64,000 nt of DNA, from the NCBI RefSeq assembly GCF_016433145.1, contig NC_058130.1:350951010-351015009 (forward strand), given 5' to 3'. Of this stretch, positions 34,385 through 45,846 are shown one piece after another. The notes under the pieces are model-generated. The model saw only the letters and a list, made by a program, of their open reading frames with translations. It searched no databases and was not told where the DNA came from. The stretch's first letter is position 1. Each line of letters begins with the position of its first letter. The translations under genes were made by a program, and so were the position numbers. The DNA is from Gracilinanus agilis (taxonomy: Eukaryota).

Positions 34385-35959
34385 AAACAGGAATTTTGGG
34401 GGAGTTTTTCAGAAGCTGCAGATGTCAGCAGATGACACAGAAAAAGTTTAGAAACTCAGAAATGTATAAAATTTATTTAGAGTATTGTACAATGTCAACA
34501 TTTTTTATCTTTCAATACTATAAAGACACACAGTGAGTAGCCCATAAAAGAAAAAGAATAAATTCAAACTTCTTCTCTGGTTTGAAGGGAGGGCCAAAAA
34601 TTTTTATGCAGATTTCTAGATCATGGGGCACCATAGCCTTAGCTCCCACAATGTGGAAGGGATACCTGTTCAGCTACCAAATATTAACAGAGCAAGTTTC
34701 GTGAACATTAGGTTAAGACTCTGCTCTAAGACTAAGTTACAGAGGTGTCAACCTTTATTGGAAGAGTGTTTCCTCTTAAGTTCTTTATACTATTGAAAGC
34801 ACAGATCTAGCCCAAAGCCCATTGTCCCTGTCCATTTTATTGATGTATAATTAGAGTTGGAGAGAAATAAACAGAGCAGTCCAGGGTCCTAGATCTGTGT
34901 CAGGGATGGGGCAGGACTCTAGCTGACCAAATTTTAGCCCAGTGGCCATTCTACCAAATCAAGATACCCCCCCAAGAGTAGACAGCTGCCCATGTAGTGT
35001 GCTTCCAAGGATAACAAAAGACCTATCTCCCCCCAAACAGGTGCTCACTGGCTTGCTAGAGGATATGAAATTGCCATTCTCAGAGCATTTCCTTTTGGTA
35101 TAAGGCAAAAAAAAAGTTGCTATGAGGATGAAATCAGCCTGAGTTGGTGATGATGATGATGATGATAATGAATTACTTAAAATTAAGCATTTTACATATA
35201 TTATCTCATTTGAATCACAAAAGAACTAAAATAAGTGCTACCATTATCCCCACTTTTTGGATGAGGAAACTGAAACTGAGAGGTTAAGCAACTTGCCTAG
35301 AATCACATATAATAACACTGTGAGAAAAGTGCTATAATTTAGTTCCATTTTTACAGAAGGAAAGACCAAGACTGAGAGAAATCAAGTGATTTCCTTCTAA
35401 ATATTTGAGGCAGGATTTGATCTCAAGCCTTCCTGTCTCCAAGTCTACCTCTCTATCCATTATGTTATTCATTTGCTGAAACTATCTTGTAAACTTTCAA
35501 CCTATTAGTACACCTTTTCATATTAGGCTCTGTTATTTCTTTAGATAAGTTAAGAATGGGACAAGGGCTTGGTAAATATTGATGGAAAGAGTTGGAAGAG
35601 ATTACAAGTATGAAACTCTAGAAGTTCCTGTGAAATAGAGGGGAGGTATTTACTGGTTATAGTGGTTAAAAGAGAATTGGAGATTAATATAGGCAATAAG
35701 ACAGTTAAAAGATACCTTTTCTGCTTTTAAAAAATTTATTTTTTAGGCACAGATAAAATTATATCCTAGGTTGCTAAAATAATGCATCCCTTTTGAGCTA
35801 CTGCATGAAGTCATACAAAGGTGCCAGCTGAGGCCATTATAAACTTGTGCTACCTAATCCTATTATTATTCATTATTATTAAGCTTATAGTATATTTAAC
35901 TATTTTATTATTAAGCCATTATTAAGCTTTAAGGAGATTCTTTTAATATTTGCTGAATG

Positions 35960-36990
35960 GACTCTCCCTCTCTTATCCTCAATAGTGGCTATTCCAAAAA
36001 TATTTTCTTCTTTTCTCTCTTCAAGAGCCTCCCTTGAGCCCTTCACTTTTCAGCATAGGAGTCATCTCCTCTTCAGGCTTTTCCTGCCTACTAGTTCCTT
36101 CCCTGTTGTTCTCAAACATATTCAGTTCTCCTCTACCCTTAAAACCCTTCAGTTGACTTTGTTCTCCCCTGAAGCTATTAATCTGTATTTCTTTTTCCTT
36201 TCATTGCCAACCCCCTAGAAAAATTTGTCTAAACTTGCTTCCATTTCCTCACTCACTAACTTTGTAACCCCTTATAATCTGGCTTCTGAGTCCAACACTC
36301 TAAGAAATTGGGCTCTCAAAGATGGCTAGTGATTGTGTAGTTGTAGTATTTCATGAGATAGACTTAGTTCTCACCTTCCTTGGTTCTTAGATTTAGTTCT
36401 CACCTCACCTTTTTTCCTCTTCTCAACACACTCTCTTCCCTTGGTTTGGATGGCGTGGTTTTCTCTCAGTTTTCTTGGATGGATCAACATATATCTCCCA
36501 GTTCCCAAGACTAGAGTCCCTTGTGAACCCCTGAAAAAATGCTGTATCTTGAGACTTTTTCTTGTATCTTTTTACTCCTTCTCTTGGTAATCTCTTTTTC
36601 TCCCATGTGTTCTGTTCTCATTTCAATGGTGATACACATGATTCCCAAAGCCATATCTGTAACCCTCATGGCTCCCTTGAACTCCAGACCCACGTCATTA
36701 ACTGCCCATTGGACATTTTTGTTAGGCTGTTTCCTTGGGACTTTACATTCATTATGACTGCAGTAAAATTCATTCTTTCTCCTTCAGAGCACCCAGCTTC
36801 TCCTTTATTTCTATTTATGTAGGTCACTCATAACCTTGGGGTCATCCTTGATTTCTTTGACTCTCCATATTCCGTCTGTTGCCAAGTCCTTTCATAGTAG
36901 AATCAATAATCAATTAGTATCTCTTGCATTTATCCACATCTCTCCACTCACAAAGCCATCATTTTAGGCCCTCATACTTTGCCTGGAAAT
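35960..36990 (+). mobile_element. L2 LINE fragment
   Basis: ataatctggcttctgagtccaacact...gaaattgggctctcaaag...gaactccagacccac...ccttggggtcatccttga. Confidence 0.7.
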
Positions 36991-36994
36991 TATG

Positions 36995-38140
36995 CAGTTC
37001 TAGACACAACCCTGGATGAATAACTAATTCAGAGTGTTGATGAGTGTGTTAATCCTGGGAAGAGGTTTCTAGTGACATGCTTCAGACCTCTGTCTGGTCC
37101 TAGCCTGTTCAACATTTCTATCAGTGACTTGAAAGGAATATTTATCAAATTTGTGAATGACTTAAAGATAGGAGTTGTAACTGGCATTTTGGGAATCAAG
37201 GTTCAAAAGGATCTTGATGCATTAGTGATGAGCCAAAACCAACAAGATTAGACTTCATAGGAACAAATATCAAGTCAGATATTTAAGTTCAAAAATTCAA
37301 CTTTACAAGTATAGGATGAAGTGTGTTCTTGTGTGAAAAATATAGGGAAGACTGTGTGTAGTCTTGCTGTTTTCTGACCTGTTTAGAATGCATCTATGCT
37401 ATTGGGTTCAGTTCTGAGTGCCATACTTTAGGAAGGGCATTGATCAGGTGCCCTCTTGTGATGCACCTCTAGGATCAAAAAAAAAGTCCTCTGATTGGTA
37501 TTTAAAACCTTTGGCAGCTTGGTGCCTTCCTACCTTTTCAGTCTTCTTGCAGTTTACTCCCTTCTACCTGGAATGCTCTCTTTTTCTCATCTCTGCCTCC
37601 TGGCTTCCTTCAAGATTCAGATCAAATCTTACCTTCTGCCCAAGACCCTACCCATTGCTGTATGTATCTTCTATGCACAATTTTTTTGTATGCTGTCTCC
37701 CCCATTAAAGTGAGAGCTCCTCAAGGGCAGAGACTGTATTTTTCCTTTTTTTTTTAATCCCCAAGATAGTTCAGTGTGCCTGGCAGATGTTAACAGCTCA
37801 TTAAATGCTTGTTGACTGACTGATTGATGGGAAACTGGAATTAACCAGGATGATGAGGAGCCTGGAAAACCATGCCATATAATAATTATTTGAAGGAACT
37901 GGGAATGTTTAGCTTTGAAGAAAAGGGTACTTAGAGCAGATGCTATACCTGTCTTCAGGTATTTGCAGGGCTGCCATATGAAAGATGGATTAGATTTCCT
38001 TAGTTTTGCCCCAGAGAATAACTTGGAGCAATGGGTGGAAGTTGTGGAGAGACAGGTTGAGATTTAGTGTTCAGAAAAACTTGCTCACTATAAGGGTTGT
38101 CCAGAAATGAAATGAGTTGCCTCAGGGGTCTGTGAGTGGA
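36995..38140 (+). mobile_element. CR1/L3 LINE fragment, interrupted by an L2 3' end (about 37470-37815)
   Basis: cctgttcaacatttctatcagtgacttg...atcaaatttgtgaatgac (RT motif region), ggttcaaaaggatcttga, gaaggaactgggaatgtttagc. Confidence 0.7.
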
Positions 38141-38164
38141 GACTGGAGGCCAAATTTTTATTTT

Positions 38165-38352
38165 TATTTTTAAAAAACTCTACCTTCTGCCTTAAAATCA
38201 ATATTGTGTATTGGTTCCAAAGCAGAAGAGTAGTAAGGTTAAGTGACTTACCCAGGGTCACACAGATAGGAAGTATCTGAGGACAGATTTGATCTCAGGA
38301 CCTCCCATCTCTAGGCCTGGCTCTCAATCTACTGAGTCATCTAACTGTTCCC
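38165..38352 (-). mobile_element. SINE1_Mdo-like SINE
   Basis: ctaccttctgccttaaaatcaatattgtgtattggttccaaagcagaagag. Confidence 0.85.
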
Positions 38353-38869
38353 TGGAGGACAACTCAGTGAAGACGTAAGGGAGCATCTGCTCTAAGTACA
38401 GGTTGGAGTGGCTGCCTTTGGAGATCCTCTCTAGTTCTGAAATTTGTAATTCTATTCTAATTAACTACTACTCAAAACTAATTTTAGTTTTATTATTTAT
38501 TTAGTTACATTAGCTGAGAATGTGTTGTGCCATGAATAAAGAGACAATGAATTTTTAGGTTGAGTTAATAGAATTATAGCATACACACACCTCCAGTCAG
38601 AGAAGTGAGGAACTCGAGAGCGCAGACTGAGCCGTGTATGTTTTTGGACATGCTAATGTGGGAATTTGTTTTGCTTGACTATACATGTTTGTAATGAGGA
38701 TTTTGTTTTTCTTTGTTTTTTTCTTAATGAGAGTTGGGGAGCAGATAGGATAGAGAGAAAGAAAATTTTCAATGATCGCAATAAAAAAATCAAAGGATAA
38801 GTAAAACAATGCAAATCAAGGCATGTATCAGCAACATAAGAAATAATAATAATAATAATAATATAAAAG

Positions 38870-39085
38870 CTAGCACATAGAGCATTTTAAGGTTTCCAAA
38901 AGGCTTTGTAAATATTAGCTCATTTTATCCTCACAGCAGCTGTAAGAGGTAGGTGCCAATATTTCCATTCTACAGATGAGGAAACTAAAGTCACTTGTCC
39001 AGGGTCACTCAGCTGTTGAGTCTAGGGCTAGATTTGAATTCAAGTCTTCCTGATTTCAGCCAGGTCCAGTGCTCTATCCATTGCA
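38870..39085 (-). mobile_element. MIR-family SINE
   Basis: ctcattttatcctcacagcagctgtaagaggtagg...acagatgaggaaact. Confidence 0.7.
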
Positions 39086-39281
39086 CCATTGTCCTTTATT
39101 CCCTTTTCTATGCATGCAGTGTGAAAATCATACCCACCTCAGACATATTTGTGTCAGAGATGACTAGTTTAAAAAAAAAGAGGAGGAGTAGCAACAGCCA
39201 TTGTTAGAGATACTAGGACCAGAGAAGGATAAAAATATAAGTACATAGTAGGATGAGGGGAATCCTACTATGTTAATGTTA

Positions 39282-39502
39282 TTGTTGTTTTTCAGTCATG
39301 TCTGACCCTTCATAACTCTATTTGGGCTTCTCCTGGCAAAGATACTGGAATGGTCTGCCATTTCCTTCTCCAGCTCAATTGACAGATGAGGAAACTGAGG
39401 CAAATAGGGTTAAGTGATTTGCCCAGGGTCACACAACTAGATTAGAATCAGGACTTCCTGAGTCTAAGCCCAGGACTCTATCCACTGAGTCACCTAGGTC
39501 CC
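39282..39502 (-). mobile_element. MAR1-like SINE
   Basis: ttcagtcatgtctgacc...ggcaaagatactggaatggtctgccatttccttctccagctc. Confidence 0.85.
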
Positions 39503-40219
39503 TGCGGGCTACTAGCTACAACAGCATAATGTAGGTGTGTGTCTTTATCAAATGTCACCCTTTCCCCATAAAGGCAGCTAGCCTACATTTTCTTGTGGTA
39601 GAAATACCTTGACTTTGAAGGTCTCATCGTTTAAAAAAAAGTTTTATTGGTTTCTTAGGAACCAAAGGCTAAACAACAATACCACCAGTTACACTTGCCT
39701 AATAACTACAGTATTTCTATTCAGTCTTTGTCTAAGTAACTTTGCACAGGGTGGTGTCTCCTGTGCCTAAAATCTTCATCAGTGTTATCTCTGCTGCTTA
39801 AAACCCCAACCTGCTTTAAAGCTTAAGTGGGACTTCCTACGAGAGGTCTTTATTTCTCCAGCTATTAGTCTCCCCTAAATGACTTTTTTGGGCATATATT
39901 TTATTTGCTTATCTATGAACATATTGTATCCCTCTAATAGAATATAAGCTCCTTGAAGTAGAAACTTTTTTTTTTAAAAAAAAATCTGGCACCTAGCAAA
40001 TAGTAGATGTTTAATAAATGTATGTTGTTGCTTAATTCATTTCAAAGCTTAAATCTTTATTTATTTATTTATTTATTCATTAATTTATTTATTTTTGAAA
40101 CTTTCTTTTTTTAAGTCTTCAGAAGGTTTCTTTGTCTGTTCATTCTCACTGATTTTTCCTTTTATATGGTTATAGTGTTTCCTCCATTCTTCTGCTTCTG
40201 CTGTTTTTTAAAAATTATT

Positions 40220-40426
40220 ATTATTATTATTTTAATTTAAAGCCCTTACCTTCCATCTTGGAATCAATACTGTGTATTGGTTCCAAGGCAGAAGAGTGGT
40301 AGGCAATGGGGATTAAGTGACTTGCCCAGGGTCACACAGCTGGGAAGTGTCTGAGGCCAGATCTGAACCTAGGACTTCCCGTCTCTAGGCCTAGCTCTCA
40401 ATCCACTGAGCTACCCAGCTGCCTCC
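40220..40426 (-). mobile_element. SINE1_Mdo-like SINE (well preserved)
   Basis: aagcccttaccttccatcttggaatcaatactgtgtattggttccaaggcagaagagtgg...ctacccagctgcctcc; flanked by tttaaaaattatt-like duplication. Confidence 0.9.
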
Positions 40427-41162
40427 TTTAAAAATTATTTTTACAAAAATATTTTCAGATCCAACTAATTCCTCATATGTTTGTAATTGGTAAGAGTATC
40501 TAGTTCAATCCCCCAATTTTATAGATGAAGCAACTGAGGCTCAGGGAAGTGGCTCACCCAGCTATACAGATAAGGTGAGAAAGCAAAGATTTGAACTACA
40601 TTGTTCTGACTCCAAATGGAAAATCCCCTCTACTTTATGTTACTTCTGTCTCAATATCTTTTGCCTTATACAGCTCTTTATTGTGTAGTAGCTTAAAAAT
40701 AATTATTACTAATTTTTTAGTTCCAAGAAAGGAATAATAAAATGTCATAGGCAGGGAGGCTAGGATTGCTTTACAAAATATTGATTGCTTTTTCCCTCAT
40801 TATTCTTGGAGGGATGAGGATGAGTTTGAATTGGGTTTCATATTTGCTTGCAGGAGTTTAGGAAGAAGTTGATTCCAGTGGCTTTTTATGGCCCAAACAT
40901 CTTTAGCAGGGAATCTGATCTTGATATGACCCCTCCCTTGTCTTATCCATATTACTAGGGCAAGTCATTGCAATGGAAAAGCTGTGGGAAATCTTAGACA
41001 GAAGTGGTAGGACTTTCAAGTGCAGGATTTTAAAGCCTAGGAAGTACCCTATGCATAGTGGTCTGAGATCCCTTCTATTTCTTCCTTGACATCTGGCTCA
41101 ATGAATATAGTCTAGGAAAGTCAAAGGATCATACATATATAGTTGGAAAGATCATAATTTCA

Positions 41163-41420
41163 TGTTGTTGTTGTTCAGTCATTTTTAGTCCTGTAAAACT
41201 CTTCATGGCCCTATTTAGGGTTTTCTTGGCAAAGATACTGGAGTAGTTTGTCATCTCCTTTTTTTAGCTCACTTTACAGATGAGGAAACTGAGGTAAACA
41301 GTGTTAAAGTGACTTGCCCAGGGACATACAGCTAGTAAGTGTCTGAGCCTGGATTTGAACTCATAAAGATAAGCCTTCCTGACTTCAGGCTGACATTCTA
41401 TCCACAGTGCTACTTCACCT
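41163..41420 (-). mobile_element. MAR1-like SINE
   Basis: tgttgttgttgttcagtcat...ggcaaagatactggagtag. Confidence 0.8.
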
Positions 41421-41949
41421 TCCAAGTCATCTAGTCTTAACCCTTAATTTTACAGATGACTAAACTAAGGCAATTAAGAGATTAAATGACATTTATATGT
41501 CATATACAAAATAAGTAACACAGCTGGGATTTGAACCAAGATCCTCTGACACCAAATTCCGTGCTCTTTCCTTTTTTTACCTGCTGTTGTATGGCATCGA
41601 GCTCCATTGATCTGAGTTTGGTGGTGGACATAGGAAGGAACCAGGACTCTGGTCCCATTCAGTTAGTTTAAGGATGTCACCAAGAATGAGTTATACTCTA
41701 GACTAGTCTAATTAGGTTTGTGAATAAGAATATGTTGTTGAGGATCCCATTGTGGCCATTTCTAGGGACCTACCTACAAGAAAGAAAAAACATACTCCTA
41801 TATAGTCAGCATGGATAGGAATTCCTCGGGAGACTCTGGAGGGTTAGTCCAGATGATGAAGCTCCTAGGGCAGAGGGACAAGGAGAAACCAACCATTATA
41901 GTTGGCATGAATAGGCCAGTAAAAGACTAGCCAGGCAGGATTGTTGTAT

Positions 41950-42150
41950 TTTTGTTTTTTAACTCTTACCTTCTGTCAGAGAATTGAAACAATTCTAAGG
42001 CAGGAGAGCCCAGCCATAAGGGCTAGGCAATTGGGGTTAAGTGACTTGCCCAAGATCACACAGCTAGGAAGTGTCTAAGGCCACATTTGAACCCAAGTCC
42101 TCCTGACTCCAGGTCTGACTCTCTAACTACTGAGTCACCTAGCTGCCCCT
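41950..42150 (-). mobile_element. SINE1_Mdo-like SINE
   Basis: aactcttaccttctgtc...agtcacctagctgcccc. Confidence 0.8.
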
Positions 42151-42534
42151 TAGGCATGTGTTTATAACATAAATGCTTGCTGGATTGAGGGGAGGTTGTG
42201 GAGGGGGTCATCAAGGAACATAAGCTAAAATGATACTTTATGGGGGAAAAAAGGCAGTGTGCTCTGAGTTGGGTTCAAGGAGCTGACATGACATAATAGA
42301 AGAGAAATGGACAGAGAATCCAGAGATTTAGATTCTAGTTTTAGCTCTCTCACTGACCAAGCTGTATGACCTTATGCAAACCACTTTACTTTTGGGGGCA
42401 TTTGTTTCCTGCTCTGTAAAGTAAAGGCATTGGGTAAAATGATTTCAAAGTTCTTTCTCAAAATGGATATCAACATCATGGAATCATAGAGCATGGACAG
42501 GAAGTAATTTTTCTACTATTCTCTGCCTTAAATT

Positions 42535-43211
42535 AATTTTTTAAATTTAATTTATTTTATTTTTATTGATTAAGAAAATTTTTCCATGGTTACATTATTC
42601 ATGTTCTTTCCCTCCCTTCCTCTCCTCTCCTGTAGCCAATGAGCAATTCCACTGGGTTTTACATGTGCCATTGATCAAGATCTATTTCCATATTATTAAT
42701 ATTTGCACTGTGATGATTGCTTAGAATTTACATCCCTGATCATATCTCCATCGACCCATGTGATCAAGCAGTTGTTTTTCTTCTGTGTTTCTGCTCCCAC
42801 AGTTTTTCTCTGGATGTGGATAGCATTCTTTCTCATAAGTCCCTCAGAATTGTCCTGGATCATTGCATTGCTGCTAGTAAAGAAGTCCATTACATTTGAT
42901 TGTGCCACAGTATATCTGTCTCTGTGTATAAGGTTCTCCTGGATCTACTCCTTTCACTCTGCATCAGTTCCTGGAGGTCATTCCAGTTCACACGGAATTC
43001 CTCCAGTTCATTATTCCTTTGAGCACAATAGTATTCCATCACCAGCATATACCACAATTTGTTCAGCCATTCCCCAATCAAAGGACGTTCCCTCATTTTC
43101 CAATTTTTTGCCATCACAAAGAGCGTGGGTATAAATATTTTTGTACGTCTTTTTCCTTATTACCTCTTTGGGGTATAAATCCAGCAGTGGTATGCCTGTG
43201 GATCAAAGGGT
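42535..43211 (-). mobile_element. L1_Mdo-like 3' fragment (677 bp) with perfect 13-bp TSD
   Basis: TSD TCTGCCTTAAATT at 42522-42534 and 43212-43224; T-rich tail; L1 3'UTR and ORF2 end (minus-strand ORF 42890-43117 MMAKNWKMRERPLIGEWLNKLWYM). Confidence 0.9.
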
Positions 43212-43594
43212 TCTGCCTTAAATTCTTAATAGAACATCATGTCTAATTTTGTTTATAGTACTTTAAAAATAATGTATACTTTAAAAATATACTTTGTCAT
43301 ACTTTAAAAAGAGATATAGCCTATAAAATGGCAAGGGAAGAGAAATCAAAATGATATAATACATGATAAATATATCTGAAGTCAAGAAAGGATTTGTCAA
43401 ATGCTTAGCCTAGTGGTGGCTTCAGGTGACCAAATTATTCTCTGCACCTATATACAGGGTCTTTCTTTGCAAGGAAGCCGATGATCATTTTCTGTTTACT
43501 AAGGACCCAGTAAGAAAAAATGGTATTTTGTTTGAACGCAGAGAAGTACTTCCTGACTGTCACAGTGGTAAAATAATTTAAGTCTTCCTTAGAG

Positions 43595-43745
43595 AGCTTT
43601 AAAAAAACAACAGAAAAGAGGCAATTGCGATTAAGTGACTTGTCCAGAGTCACATAGCTAGGAAGTGTTTGAGGCCAGATTTGAACCCAAGAACTCCAGG
43701 TTTCCAGGTGTGGCTCTCAATCCATTGGGCTACCTAGTTGCCCCT
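43595..43745 (-). mobile_element. SINE fragment (SINE1_Mdo/MAR1 core)
   Basis: taagtgacttgtccagagtcacatagctaggaagtgtttgaggccagatttgaaccc. Confidence 0.7.
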
Positions 43746-44009
43746 AACTTCTTTTTGATTTTAGAAAGTTCAGTACCATTTTTTAAAATAAACTTTTTTG
43801 AGGACACAAGCATTTTGAGAAATCCCAATTCCATTCAAGAATGCTTTATTTCCATGCTGTTCTCATCTCTCATCTCATTCCCCAAACCTTGAAGAACTTG
43901 AATATATTTAGTGGCCGTAAGAGAAGCATATCAACATGAAACAGCTGTATTTTAAAAGGCTTAACTAGTGAACTCATCTGAAGTGGTTAATTATTTTGAT
44001 TCCTAGAAG

Positions 44010-44224
44010 ACCTCCCAAGAAGCAGCAAACCTTGGTGGTTGAATGATACTTCTGCAATTCCAGCTTCCCTCCCAATTAATGACACTTTAAGTAGTCATCG
44101 TAGACAGAAGAGATCTGTCAGCACTGAGCGATTTGTGGAGACGTTGGTCGTGGCAGACAAAATGATGGTGGGCTACCATGGGCGCAAAGATATTGAACAT
44201 TACATTTTGAGTGTAATGAATATT
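44010..44224 (+). CDS. ADAMTS6: ADAMTS6 exon 5 (end of prodomain, furin site RQKR, start of the metalloprotease domain); alternative start 44007
   Basis: tcctag|aag|AC CTC ... AAT ATT|gtaagt; (D)[71 protein letters not shown]. Confidence 0.93.
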
Positions 44225-44921
44225 GTAAGTTTTATCCCTCTTTGTTTTCTTACTTCTTATTTGTTTTGGCTAGACAATTTTTAGTGAGGATTTTAAATCC
44301 CAAGTGAAGAAAATACTTCAGTAGACTAACACAAATTCAGTTTATTTCAAAATGAATTTACCAAGTCCCTACCATGTGCCAGATACTAGCAACACAAAGC
44401 CAAAAATGAAAGACTCTGTCCTTAAGGAACTTGTATTCTTCTGCTGATTAGAAAATGACTATTTTGTATTCTCCAAAAAGGAAATGAAGGGTGCCCCAGT
44501 TGTCCTTTTTCAGTTTCTGGAAAGTTTTGTGTGGCCTCTGCTCGATTATGTTTCAGCGTTTTTATTTTAAAGAGAACATCGGCTGAGAATGATTTTTTTT
44601 AATACTGTTTGTGAAGTTTTTGCACATCTTAAAGTGATAGGTGTAATGCTAGCTGTTATTATTATGGTCATGTTAAAAATTATACGTAGATAGTTAAATG
44701 TTATTGCTTAAGACCCCTGCAAAAATTTTATAGGAGAGAATTTCTTTAGGTGGATTATAAAAAGCACTTGCATCAAGATATTGTTGGATAGAGTTTTATT
44801 AGTTAGGTTAATACTGCTTTTTAGAAAGCTCTTTCAGATATACTTGGCACTACTAGTTAGCCTCCTGAAAAATTGTGATAAATCATAAAATTCTACACTT
44901 TTCTTTAAAACTGCCAATTGA

Positions 44922-45095
<174 letters not shown>

Positions 45096-45522
45096 TAAAA
45101 CACAGGCTACAGTATCGTGTATTACCATAGAATCTATCTCACTCTCACTTTAGGAGGGTGTATTTGACTAGGGACCTCTACTTTAAGCATTCACTATTTT
45201 AAGCAAGATTAAAATACTTAAAAGGAATATTCTTCCCATGTCATGTTGGGGATATATGTTTACATATGTTAGCTGAATGTTATCAGTGCAAGTTTGAGCA
45301 TTTGAGTGGCAAAGATTTATAATAATGGTTTTATGTTTGGTTTTGTACGCGGATAATCTCAGTTTTTGTATTCACCTAATCGTTAAAGCTGGAGCTGAGA
45401 AGAATGCCTGCTCTGTAATACACTAGATGAACTCTAGGTCAGATTTTACAGAGATAAAAATTGGCAAGAGGAGATTATTCCTAGAAACCACTGCTTCTAA
45501 TTATAGTCCCATTTTAGTCTTC

Positions 45523-45846
45523 NNNNNNNNNNNNNNNNNNNNNNNNNNNNNNNNNNNNNNNNNNNNNNNNNNNNNNNNNNNNNNNNNNNNNNNNNNNNNN
45601 NNNNNNNNNNNNNNNNNNNNNNNNNNNNNNNNNNNNNNNNNNNNNNNNNNNNNNNNNNNNNNNNNNNNNNNNNNNNNNNNNNNNNNNNNNNNNNNNNNNN
45701 NNNNNNNNNNNNNNNNNNNNNNNNNNNNNNNNNNNNNNNNNNNNNNNNNNNNNNNNNNNNNNNNNNNNNNNNNNNNNNNNNNNNNNNNNNNNNNNNNNNN
45801 NNNNNNNNNNNNNNNNNNNNNNNNNNNNNNNNNNNNNNNNNNNNNN
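45523..45846. other. Assembly gap (324 N), probably hiding ADAMTS6 exon 7
   Basis: The run of N is certain; the exon content is inferred (see findings). Confidence 0.9.

Larger units (their letters stand above)
33846..34668. mobile_element. TcMar-type MITE, copy 2, interrupted by a SINE and an L1
   Basis: CAGGTATCCTACATTGTGG...CACAATGTGGAAGGGATACCTG; shares gcagatgacacagaaaaagtttagaaactca with copy 1. Confidence 0.75.

Noticed and set aside
42696-43246. Cluster of overlapping ORFs here and at 16115-16577 and 57213-57482 with mutually similar peptides
   Set aside because: All are L1 3'-end copies; the similarity is repeat homology, not a gene family.
44039-44284. 81-aa ORF
   Set aside because: Part of exon 5 read through its donor into the intron.
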